Source: a virus. From it: a stretch of DNA of 53,521 nucleotides. Made by a program: the position numbers and the translations under genes. This document shows positions 1-7,368 of this stretch, in pieces. The notes under the pieces were generated by a model. The model was given only the letters and a program-made list of their open reading frames with translations. It ran no database searches and had not been told where the DNA came from. Location of the stretch: positions 1-53,521 of the IMG/VR virus record IMGVR_UViG_3300046058_000043; one strand, written 5' to 3'. Position 1 is the first letter of the stretch; each line of letters opens with the position of its first letter.

Positions 1-55
1 CCGTGTGGATCTCTCGCCAACTCGCCTCAAGGCTCGCCTGCTCGACCTCCGTGAC
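1..55. repeat. Exact 55-bp copy of window end (53467..53521): circular-assembly overlap or terminal redundancy
   Basis: ccgtgtggatctctcgccaactcgcctcaaggctcgcctgctcgacctccgtgac occurs at 1-55 and again at 53467-53521. Confidence 0.9.
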
Positions 56-193
56 GAGGGTCGCGTCGAGCTCGTCTGGGGCGTCCATCCTGAGACCCAC
101 CAGCCTCGGAGCTACGCGCCAGCCGACCTGGTCGAGCATCCAGCGGACCGTCTGCCCGGTGACACGCTTGGAGGTGTGCGCGCCGATGACTGA
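2..193 (+). CDS. 3' part of junction-spanning wHTH-like protein (5' part at 53327..53521)
   Basis: Frame of ORF 5..193 continues the frame opened at ATG 53327 across the 55-bp overlap; text ...LADRVDLSPTRLKARLLDLRDEGRVELVWG is winged-helix-like. Confidence 0.7.
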   Translation, partial: RVDLSPTRLKARLLDLRDEGRVELVWGVHPETHQPRSYAPADLVEHPADRLPGDTLGGVRADD

Positions 194-440
194 CTACCGC
201 GACCATCGCGACGTCGACGTCCCCGAGACAGTCCGGGAGCTCTCGAACTCGTGCATCTACGTCTACCGCGAGCTCGCGATCGCCGAGGACTCGCTCACGG
301 CGACGGAGATCTCGGACCGCTGCGCGCTGCCCTACCGGACGGCCGCCAACGTGTCCCGGCGCCTCGTCGAGGAGACCGAGCACGTCGATCGGCATCACGT
401 CGACGGGCGCGAATATGTCTACCACGTGGTTGCCGAGTAA
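186..440 (+). CDS. Small winged-helix DNA-binding protein
   Basis: ATG 186 overlaps upstream stop (ATGACTGA); ELSNSCIYVYRELAIAEDSLTATEISDRCALPYRTAANVSRRLVEE...GREYVYHV looks like HTH plus wing. Confidence 0.6.
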   Translation: MTDYRDHRDVDVPETVRELSNSCIYVYRELAIAEDSLTATEISDRCALPYRTAANVSRRLVEETEHVDRHHVDGREYVYHVVAE

Positions 441-524
441 CGATGCAAGATCCTACGACGTCTCCCATATTGATACGTCATCAGCCCCTACGATATCAGC
501 AAGGCGACTGTTCCAAGGTAAATC

Positions 525-1058
525 ATGGAGAGCGACAAATACCCGGCCGACTGGGAGCGCCGACGGCACGCCGTCTTCAAGCGCGACCAGTGGGAATGCC
601 AGGGTTGCGGCCTCGTCTCCGAATCAGGCGACGGCCTCCACGCTCATCACGTCAAGCCGATCAGCAAGGGCGGCGGGCACAGCCTCGACAACCTGCTCAC
701 GTTGTGTGGGGAGTGCCATACCGAGGTACACTCCTCGGGGCAGGAACTAAACCTAACGCCAGTCCAGACTTATCCCTGCGCGGAGTGCGACGACGAGTAC
801 GTCGAGGGCGAGTCGGTCAAGGGCTCGTTCTGCTCCGAGCGCTGCTGGCTCGCCCACAAGGCGACGAAGGCACTCGACGGGATCGAGGAGAACGGACGTA
901 TCTGCGCGACGTGCTTCGCGAACTTCCCGAAGCAGGACACTGTCTGCCCGAACTGCGGCAACTGGAACGCCCAGGAAAATCATCGTGACGAGCTGGACGA
1001 CGTCGATCTCGATCTCCGGAATCTCGTCGCGACCGTCATCCAGGAATACTGCGACTGA
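525..1058 (+). CDS. HNH endonuclease with C-terminal FCS-type/zinc-ribbon extension
   Basis: WECQGCG...HAHHVKPISKGGGHSLDNLLTLCGECHTEVH HNH signature; later FCSERC and CATC...CPNCG. Confidence 0.85.
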   Translation: MESDKYPADWERRRHAVFKRDQWECQGCGLVSESGDGLHAHHVKPISKGGGHSLDNLLTLCGECHTEVHSSGQELNLTPVQTYPCAECDDEYVEGESVKGSFCSERCWLAHKATKALDGIEENGRICATCFANFPKQDTVCPNCGNWNAQENHRDELDDVDLDLRNLVATVIQEYCD

Positions 1059-1117
1059 ACCAACCGCCGGCGGCTGTTCATCACGCACGTCGTTCGCGGC
1101 GTGCGTGACTCTTAGTC

Positions 1118-1777
1118 ATGGCTACGTCACAAGCACCCCAGACCTCGACAGACGAGTGTAAGCACTGCGAGACCGACATCGAGGACGGCGAGTTCTACAC
1201 GCCGGGGTACTGCTCACACGACTGCTTCCACACGTACCAGGCCGAGACCGTTCTCGATGTCGTCCGCGCGGACCACCGCGTGTGTGGCACCTGCTTCGAG
1301 TTCATCAAGGAGGTCGAACCACCGGGGGACGACTGGAAGGCTGGTCGCGCATCGAGAGTGGAGGCCGCGCTCGATAACGGCGCCGAGTTCCACAACCTCG
1401 GCGGCCAGGCCGCACTTGATGTCACCGAGTGTTCGAGCGCGCCGCGGACGGCCGTCGAGTCGGTGATCGGATTCGAGTATCGGACCGCCGAAGCCGACAC
1501 GGTCGTCAAGGAGGTAGAGACGTCGTCCGGGATCCGAGCATACCAGACTGGGACGGGCTGTAAGTGCGGCGCCGTCGATGTCAGTTCGACGGACGACATT
1601 CTGCGCGAGTGTTCGCCTCGGCGTGTCCTCACGAACGCCGTTCTGACGCTCCGACTCCTCGAGTACGAGGGCAAGATCGACAAGCGCGTCGACACGGAGC
1701 TGTTTTTCGACACCTACCGCGAGACGCGCGACTTCGACGTCGCACTCGGGAAGGCGCTGTACACGCCCGAGAGCTGA
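1118..1777 (+). CDS. Cysteine-rich hypothetical protein (CxxC, YCSHDC FCS-like finger)
   Basis: 219-aa acidic ORF, CKHCE, YCSHDCF, CGTCF motifs. Confidence 0.6.
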   Translation: MATSQAPQTSTDECKHCETDIEDGEFYTPGYCSHDCFHTYQAETVLDVVRADHRVCGTCFEFIKEVEPPGDDWKAGRASRVEAALDNGAEFHNLGGQAALDVTECSSAPRTAVESVIGFEYRTAEADTVVKEVETSSGIRAYQTGTGCKCGAVDVSSTDDILRECSPRRVLTNAVLTLRLLEYEGKIDKRVDTELFFDTYRETRDFDVALGKALYTPES

Positions 1778-1794
1778 ACACAGGTTTCATTCAC

Positions 1795-2139
1795 ATGTCG
1801 AGTGACACCCAGCCACCCCGCGAGCCGAGCGCGTACCGCCCGACACTCCACTTTAAGGAGCGCTTCGAGGACGCGTTCGATGAGCACCGTCGCCATCTGG
1901 ACGGCGAGATCGTCCGGCGGTGCATCTTGGACGGCGAGCTCGTCGAGCAGGGACGGAACGCCGCCCGGTTCGTCGAGGATATCGAGGGCGTCACCTACGC
2001 GATCGTGGTGAACCCACGCTCCCGCTGCGTCGCCAGCGGCTACCCCGTCTCGCTGGACTGGACCAGTGCAGTCGAGTCGGGGCGCTGGACCGAGTCCCAG
2101 CTTGAGGACATCAACGCGTTTCTGGCCGACTCCCGATGA
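1795..2139 (+). CDS. Hypothetical protein
   Basis: ATG 1795 inside ORF 1564..2139; acidic from MSSDTQPP onward, while the upstream part of the ORF is Arg-rich and overlaps the previous gene. Confidence 0.55.
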   Translation: MSSDTQPPREPSAYRPTLHFKERFEDAFDEHRRHLDGEIVRRCILDGELVEQGRNAARFVEDIEGVTYAIVVNPRSRCVASGYPVSLDWTSAVESGRWTESQLEDINAFLADSR

Positions 2140-2255
2140 CGGCGTCAGTCCCAGTGTGGGCTGCTCGAGGGAACTGCATCGCACCAGGACGCGCGGACTG
2201 ACCACAAATCACCTCGGCCCTCACCGGAGGCCATGTACGAGACCAGGGATGACGC

Positions 2256-2328
2256 GGCGTCCTGACCACGCCGGGAGCTGACCGTCGCCCGAGGATTCGC
2301 GGGGCAACCGCGAGCCGGGCGTCAGGAC
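2256..2328. repeat. Nested inverted repeats in a gene-free gap
   Basis: gtcctgac 2259-2266 / gtcaggac 2321-2328; cgcccg 2286-2291 / cgggcg 2316-2321; tcgcgg 2297-2302 / ccgcga 2308-2313. Confidence 0.6.
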
Positions 2329-2380
2329 ATGACGGTCGCGGTAGCCACTCCGCCCCGGCCACCCGCTCCAAGTACCCCTT

Positions 2381-2477
2381 GCTCGGGCTGGCGAGGACGA
2401 GCCAGGCTGCGTTCGAAAAATGCGATAGTTGTTGACCGTCCGCAGCCCTGTCGCGCGTTCAAATCGCGCTCCGAGCC
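2381..2477 (+). tRNA. tRNA-like element: possible intron-containing tRNA (candidate anticodon UCG), decayed tRNA or attP-type tRNA copy
   Basis: Acceptor gctcggg 2381-2387 / tccgagc 2470-2476; T-arm gcgcg-TTCAAAT-cgcgc 2453-2469; D-like stem tggc/gcca with GG loop; anticodon-type stem 2405-2411 / 2441-2447 encloses 29-33 nt, not 7; T4 run at 2487-2490. No clean bulge-helix-bulge, no upstream TATA. Confidence 0.4.
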
Positions 2478-2497
2478 TCGACACCATTTTCATACCC

Positions 2498-3112
2498 ATG
2501 ATCGACACCCTGCACCCAGACGCCGTCTACATCGCCGGCGTTGTGCTGGTCACGATGCTCGCCGCGGCCCGACTGTACGCGCCGGGCGACTGGTTTAGTG
2601 AGGGCTCCCGGTTCTGGGCGCCGGCCCGCCGGCTAGTCGTCCCGCTGCTCCATCGGCTGTTCTCCGATGCTGACGGCGAGCTCTACGCCGAAACTGATGT
2701 CAGTCGCGCCGAGCGCGTCGCGACGCTTCAGGACGTGACCGTGGACGATGTCCTGAACGATCTCGCCGCAGCGGGCTATCGGCCCCAGCCGTTAGCGTCG
2801 TTCGCGACTGACTGGGAAGGCCGCCCGGAGGCGGCGTCGTGGGCCCGATACCACGGTTCGAAGCCGTTCCCTGGGGCGCCGGAGTGGCTTCGACGTCGTC
2901 AGGTCCACGTCCGGCTGTTCAAGGTACCTGCGACGGCCAGCGGCGGCCCGGCAGTGGTCATCGCGGCGCACGAGGAGCCGACGAGTTGGCGCCCGGATCT
3001 CTGGCGGGCCCACTACTCCGGTCGTGACGTCTCGATCGAGCGTGGCGTCCGGATGGCTGCCGAGGATCTCGATCTCGAAGGCATCCCAACAAAACGCTAT
3101 GACCATGAATGA
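2498..3112 (+). CDS. Hypothetical protein with N-terminal transmembrane helix
   Basis: ATG 2498 in ORF 2429..3112; AVYIAGVVLVTMLAAARLY hydrophobic segment. Confidence 0.55.
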   Translation: MIDTLHPDAVYIAGVVLVTMLAAARLYAPGDWFSEGSRFWAPARRLVVPLLHRLFSDADGELYAETDVSRAERVATLQDVTVDDVLNDLAAAGYRPQPLASFATDWEGRPEAASWARYHGSKPFPGAPEWLRRRQVHVRLFKVPATASGGPAVVIAAHEEPTSWRPDLWRAHYSGRDVSIERGVRMAAEDLDLEGIPTKRYDHE

Positions 3113-3333
3113 GTCTCAAGAGACAGATTCGCGTCTTGGTGGGCGGCGTCGCAGTTCTCACACTGCTGGCGCTGATCGCCGCCGACACGATACATCCGAC
3201 GGTAACGTTCGCGACCGAGGACAAACTGCTGGTCACGTCGCTGATCACAGGCCTCCTCGGGATCGACATCGCGCTGAACCAGCTCCCGATCTCGCTCGAC
3301 ACGGGCGACAGCGGAGGGAAGGGCGATGAGTAA
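3109..3333 (+). CDS. Small membrane protein
   Basis: ATGA overlap with upstream stop; two hydrophobic stretches (VLVGGVAVLTLLALIAA, LLVTSLITGLLGIDIAL). Confidence 0.55.
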   Translation: MSLKRQIRVLVGGVAVLTLLALIAADTIHPTVTFATEDKLLVTSLITGLLGIDIALNQLPISLDTGDSGGKGDE

Positions 3334-3649
3334 CGCCGCCCTCGTAGACGTTCTCGGGATGGTTGCGGGCGCGATCTGGATGTCGGCAGCGCTCTACTTC
3401 CAGTTCCTCCGGCGCGAGATGGTCCACCCGGCCTACGTCAGCGTGCTGATGCTGATCGGCGTCGCGCTGATGATGGGCTCGTCGGCGCTCACGATCGCCG
3501 GGAAGCCCGGAACGGTCGAACTGCTCGGCATCGCAGCGAACGCGCTGTTCATCGCGTTGGGCTTGGCCGCCTGGATCGGCCTCGAACGGTACGCCTTGCT
3601 CGAGGAACGCAAAACCGCTGGCGAGGACGCCCGGTCGCTCTCACGATGA
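3326..3649 (+). CDS. Multi-pass membrane protein
   Basis: 107 aa with three hydrophobic segments; overlaps neighbours on both sides. Confidence 0.6.
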   Translation: MSNAALVDVLGMVAGAIWMSAALYFQFLRREMVHPAYVSVLMLIGVALMMGSSALTIAGKPGTVELLGIAANALFIALGLAAWIGLERYALLEERKTAGEDARSLSR

Positions 3650-3780
3650 CCTTCTACTGCCCGTTCTGTGACTCCCGCGTCGGCTTTTCTCCGGCGGGGG
3701 AACGGAACGGCGAGGACATCTGTGCGAGCTGCAAGGCCGAGCTCGGGACGATCCGGACACCCTGGGGCGTGACCGACTGA
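3646..3780 (+). CDS. Mini zinc-ribbon protein (44 aa, below ORF-track cutoff)
   Basis: MTFYCPFCDSRVGFSPAGERNGEDICASCKAELGTIRTPWGVTD; CPFC...CASC; ATGA overlaps at both ends. Confidence 0.55.
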   Translation: MTFYCPFCDSRVGFSPAGERNGEDICASCKAELGTIRTPWGVTD

Positions 3781-4235
3781 TGGACACTGACGAAACATAC
3801 CTCGACACGAGCTACTACGTCCGGCTGGCTGGCGAGACGCCGCCAGTATTCGTCCAGGAGTATTACCAGTCACGGATCAACGACCCGGACGACACGCTCG
3901 TCGATCACGACCCCGACCCATTCCGAGATCACCATGTCCTGAACGAGGACGTCCCGATCGATGGGCAGGTCGCGTTCTACTACCCGGACCGTCTCTCCCC
4001 TGACGTCGACAAGGGCGCGTGGTCGTTCGCCTTCCCGTTTCGCGATTATCGGAAAGACGGTGCGCCCTGGGCGGCGTTCCCAGAGAAGCCGAAGTGGAAG
4101 CGCCATCCCGTCTGGAAGTGGACGAACCCAGAGCAGGATCCACACGAGCACCTGACGCTGAAGCCGAGTCTCGGCGTCGGGGAGCCGCTCTCGTTTCACT
4201 GCTGGATCCGCGACGGAGAGATCGAATGGCTATGA
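3780..4235 (+). CDS. Hypothetical protein (C-terminal SFHCWIRDGEIEW motif)
   Basis: 151-aa acidic ORF, start overlaps upstream stop. Confidence 0.6.
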   Translation: MDTDETYLDTSYYVRLAGETPPVFVQEYYQSRINDPDDTLVDHDPDPFRDHHVLNEDVPIDGQVAFYYPDRLSPDVDKGAWSFAFPFRDYRKDGAPWAAFPEKPKWKRHPVWKWTNPEQDPHEHLTLKPSLGVGEPLSFHCWIRDGEIEWL

Positions 4236-4468
4236 GTCGGAAGACGATCACCATCTCCGAAGAGGCCTACAACGCCCTCGACGGGGAGAAGCGAGAGGGC
4301 GAGTCGTTTACCGAACTGGCGTTCCGGGCTGCCGAGGCACTCGAAGACGGGGACGGCGCAGCGAACACGGATCCGAACACACTCACAGAGGAGCACATCG
4401 ACGACATCGGTACCGAGGTCGAGGACAGACTACAGCGGATCCTCGAAAACGCCCACCTGCACGGCTGA
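4232..4468 (+). CDS. Archaeal putative-antitoxin-like protein (VapB/DUF217-like N-terminus), no adjacent toxin
   Basis: MSRKTITISEEAYNALDGEKREGESFTELAFRA resembles the KtItlsdevYe.L...K..gESFS signature as I recall it. Confidence 0.5.
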   Translation: MSRKTITISEEAYNALDGEKREGESFTELAFRAAEALEDGDGAANTDPNTLTEEHIDDIGTEVEDRLQRILENAHLHG

Positions 4469-4483
4469 ACACGGAGTGAACAC

Positions 4484-4670
4484 ATGGGATACACAGCAGC
4501 CTGCGACAAGTGCGGCGGCCGGTGCGAAGAGGGGCCCGGCGCTACTCGGACAGTTCGGTCAGGGCTGGTTCCGAACGAGCGACCTCGCCGGCGAGATCAA
4601 CGCCGCCGGCTACAGCGAGGGCGACACCGTCACGCTGTGTGGCGAGTGCGTCGCCGACATGCTACTCTGA
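4484..4670 (+). CDS. Small 4-Cys zinc-ribbon protein needing a +1 frame change near 4531-4538 (or GTG 4476 start in the distal frame)
   Basis: ATG 4484 frame gives MGYTAACDKCGGRCEEG with GC-rich third positions, then loses them. The frame of 4476..4670 gains them from about 4536 and ends ...TLCGECVADMLL. The switch sits at the run ggggccc. Confidence 0.4.
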
Positions 4671-4672
4671 TC

Positions 4673-4960
4673 ATGGACGAGCGTGAGGCGTCTCGGCGTC
4701 TGTACTGGGACGACCGCGACGGCAGCGAATACTGCTGTCCCGGCTGCGGCCGGCCACGTGAGGCCGTCGACGGCATCGAGCTCCACCATCGCGACCGGCG
4801 CCGGCGGAACGCCGACCCGGACAACCTGATCGGCCTCTGTTCGGACTGCCATCAGGACGGCGAGCACGGGAACCGCCGTGGTGACCCGCAGCGGCTCCAG
4901 GAACCGAGCCCCTACGATACCGACCCACCGTCCCCGGACATCGACACTCCGGGCTTCTGA
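4673..4960 (+). CDS. HNH endonuclease (packaging-associated position)
   Basis: CCPGCG...ELHHRDRRRRNADPDNLIGLCSDCHQDGEH; directly upstream of the terminase genes. Confidence 0.8.
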   Translation: MDEREASRRLYWDDRDGSEYCCPGCGRPREAVDGIELHHRDRRRRNADPDNLIGLCSDCHQDGEHGNRRGDPQRLQEPSPYDTDPPSPDIDTPGF

Positions 4961-4996
4961 TCGTGCTATGACAGTCCGGACGGTAACGATCCTGCC

Positions 4997-5608
4997 ATGA
5001 CAGACGACTCAGACCTCGAGATCGCCGAGCAGGCCCCCACCGACGCGGAGGGCCATCCGGTGCATCCGGACTCGGACAAGAGTCACCGCATCTGTGCGGC
5101 GACGAAGTCCGACCGGACGACACCGACCGATCATGGCCGTGAGCGTGACGACGTCAACTACTGTACGCTCGCCGCTGGTTGGGGCGTCGACGGGAAAAAC
5201 GAGGGGACATGCTCTCACCATCTCGGCGCTGTCGATCGTCGTGGCGAGAACAACCCGAACTACGAGCATGGCGCCTATTCCGAGTTTCAGGATTTCATGC
5301 TCGACAGTCTCTCCGACCAGGAACGGGAGGCCGTCGACGCGCTGGATCTCGATGAGGACGCTGACCAGTTCGCGAAGGACGTCGTCAAGGAGGCGTACGC
5401 GAAGTACCTCCGAACCTGCGACGATCGGTTCCTCCGTGAGACGCGCCAATGGGCCAGCGAGTTCGGCGTGATCGAGACGCCGGTGGACGAGATCGAGATG
5501 TCCGCGGACGTCGACCAGACGACCGAACATGAGCTCGGCGATGATGAGAAAGAGATCGCCCTCGAGGTCATCCGGCAGCGCCAGCAGGAAGACGCAGGAG
5601 GCGACTGA
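4997..5608 (+). CDS. Small-terminase-like / packaging accessory protein A
   Basis: Position upstream of TerL; C-terminal QTTEHELGDDEKEIALEVIRQRQQEDAGG is paralogous to the tail of 6874..7368. Confidence 0.45.
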   Translation: MTDDSDLEIAEQAPTDAEGHPVHPDSDKSHRICAATKSDRTTPTDHGRERDDVNYCTLAAGWGVDGKNEGTCSHHLGAVDRRGENNPNYEHGAYSEFQDFMLDSLSDQEREAVDALDLDEDADQFAKDVVKEAYAKYLRTCDDRFLRETRQWASEFGVIETPVDEIEMSADVDQTTEHELGDDEKEIALEVIRQRQQEDAGGD

Positions 5609-5610
5609 TC

Positions 5611-6861
5611 ATGGACGAACTCACACTCGACGAGCTTCCACAGCCAGAAGCGGAAACGACCGTCTCCCCGGATGAACTCTGCGTCGACGGCGACAACCCG
5701 AACGAGCAGTCCGACGAGATGTTCGGGCTCCTCGTGGACAACCTTCGCGAGAAGGGCTGGATCGGCAACGCGATCGTCGCGAACACGGGTGACCTTCCTG
5801 GGTACGACGGCAACGCTGAGGGGCTGATCGCCGATGGCGAGCACCGCTGGCGGGCGGCCCAGGAGGTCGGCCTCGAGGAGGTCCCGGTCAAGCTCTACGA
5901 CTTCGAGGACGACGCCGAACGCCGGCTCTGGCGCCAGGAGCTCAACAAGATCTCCGGCGAGCACGACTCCAAGCGCGACGCCCTCGAGTACGACTACCTG
6001 CTGAACGCGGGGCGCGGCGAGGACGTCCAGGACCTCGTCGACGCGGCCGACGAAGATCTCGACGAGTTGCTCTCGGAGATCCGCGTGGACAACGCGACGG
6101 CGCCCGCCTACGAGTACGACCCTACGACACAGGTCCACTTCGAGGACGCTGTCGCAGGTCTCCACGAACACGTCGACGACGACAGCGTCGACGTCGTCCT
6201 CACGGACCCGCCCTACGGCGTCGATCTCGACTTGAGTGAGACGCTGGGGAGTTCGGAGACCGAGCACGCCGGCTCGCTGGAGAACGACGGCTACGAGGAA
6301 GCGGTCGACCTCTGGCGTGCGATCGTCCCCGAACTCAAGCGAGTGCTCGCCGAGGACGGCCACCTCTACGCGTTCGCCTCCTGGAAGACGTTCGACGACT
6401 TCTGGGACGTCCTTCAGGACGCCGGCTTCGAGGTCCTCAACTGCGTCGTCTGGCTGAAGTCGGCCCCGAACAACCAGACGTCGTTCGGCAGTGGCGGCGT
6501 CCGCTACGGCTACCAACACGAGTTCATCCTCTACGCCGTCCACGACGTCGCCGATGCCCGATCGCTCGACCGGACGGTGTCGGACGTCATCCTGCACAAG
6601 CACTCCTCAGACGGCAACGAGCACCCGACCGAGAAGCCGGTCGGCCTCCTGGAGACGCTGCTGGAGCAGTCATCTTCCCAGGAGGATGTCGTCCTGGACC
6701 CGTTCCTGGGCTCGGGGAGCACCGCAGTGGCGGCGCTTCGGAACGAGCGCGATTGTATCGGCTTCGAGGTCGACGAGGAGACCTACCGCCAGGTGATCGA
6801 GCGACGCGTGGCCGAGGCCGAGCGCCAGCTCGAGGCCGGCGTCAACGCCGGCGAACACTGA
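5611..6861 (+). CDS. ParB-like N-terminal domain fused to beta-class N6A/N4C DNA methyltransferase
   Basis: N-terminus ...IADGEHRWRAAQEVGLEEVPVK (ParB/Srx-like); VVLTDPPYGV (motif IV) precedes VLDPFLGSGST (motif I). Confidence 0.85.
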   Translation: MDELTLDELPQPEAETTVSPDELCVDGDNPNEQSDEMFGLLVDNLREKGWIGNAIVANTGDLPGYDGNAEGLIADGEHRWRAAQEVGLEEVPVKLYDFEDDAERRLWRQELNKISGEHDSKRDALEYDYLLNAGRGEDVQDLVDAADEDLDELLSEIRVDNATAPAYEYDPTTQVHFEDAVAGLHEHVDDDSVDVVLTDPPYGVDLDLSETLGSSETEHAGSLENDGYEEAVDLWRAIVPELKRVLAEDGHLYAFASWKTFDDFWDVLQDAGFEVLNCVVWLKSAPNNQTSFGSGGVRYGYQHEFILYAVHDVADARSLDRTVSDVILHKHSSDGNEHPTEKPVGLLETLLEQSSSQEDVVLDPFLGSGSTAVAALRNERDCIGFEVDEETYRQVIERRVAEAERQLEAGVNAGEH

Positions 6862-6873
6862 ACGAGACTGAAC

Positions 6874-7368
6874 ATGAGCGACACCGACTACCGGGCGATC
6901 GACATCCCTGAGGACAAGCCGCCCGAGGAATACCACTGGACGGAGCGGCGAGCAGAGATCCTCGAGTTGATCGAGAAGGCCGGGCATCCGGACTCAATCA
7001 GCCCGACGCGTTTAGCCTCCCGGTACGATGTCTCGAAGAGCCAGATCTCTCAGGACAAGGCCCGGCTGCAGCAGTACGTAGTGGGCCGGATGGACGAGGA
7101 CCGCGTCGACGCGATCACGGCCACGGTCTACGAGACGGCGATCCGGAAGCTCATGGAGAACGACGAGTACCGGAAGGCGGCGAAGACGGCGTCGGAGTGG
7201 AACGAGTGGCTCGGCGATCGCGGCCACGTCGGCCGCGAGCCCAACCGTCTGGAGGCCAACGTGAACCAGTCGACTGAACACGAGCTCGCCGAGGACGAGC
7301 AGGAACTCGCGCTCGAACTCATCCGGCAGCGCCAACAGCAGGACGACGGGGGGCTGGCCGATGTGTAG
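6874..7368 (+). CDS. Small-terminase-like protein B with HTH
   Basis: ISPTRLASRYDVSKSQISQDKARL HTH; immediately upstream of and overlapping TerL; tail QSTEHELAEDEQELALELIRQRQQQDDGG. Confidence 0.55.
   Translation: MSDTDYRAIDIPEDKPPEEYHWTERRAEILELIEKAGHPDSISPTRLASRYDVSKSQISQDKARLQQYVVGRMDEDRVDAITATVYETAIRKLMENDEYRKAAKTASEWNEWLGDRGHVGREPNRLEANVNQSTEHELAEDEQELALELIRQRQQQDDGGLADV

Noticed and set aside
4484-4960. Single 158-aa ORF fusing the small Cys gene to the HNH gene.
   Set aside because: The middle 45 codons are Arg-rich with A/T third positions. The overlapping frame carries the coding signal, and the HNH has its own ATG at 4673 right after that frame's stop.
5287-6603. Long antisense ORFs opposite well-supported genes. 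Examples: 5287..6603, 7319..8269, 9379..11136, 10923..12281, 13683..14927, 24205..25182, 25642..26481, 37645..38574, 45202..46476 and 50307..51425 (all minus strand).
   Set aside because: They are Arg/Pro/Gly/Val-rich with no acidic bias. They lie exactly opposite genes with clear motifs (MTase, TerL, portal, capsid, fibres). This is typical open-frame noise in a high-GC genome.
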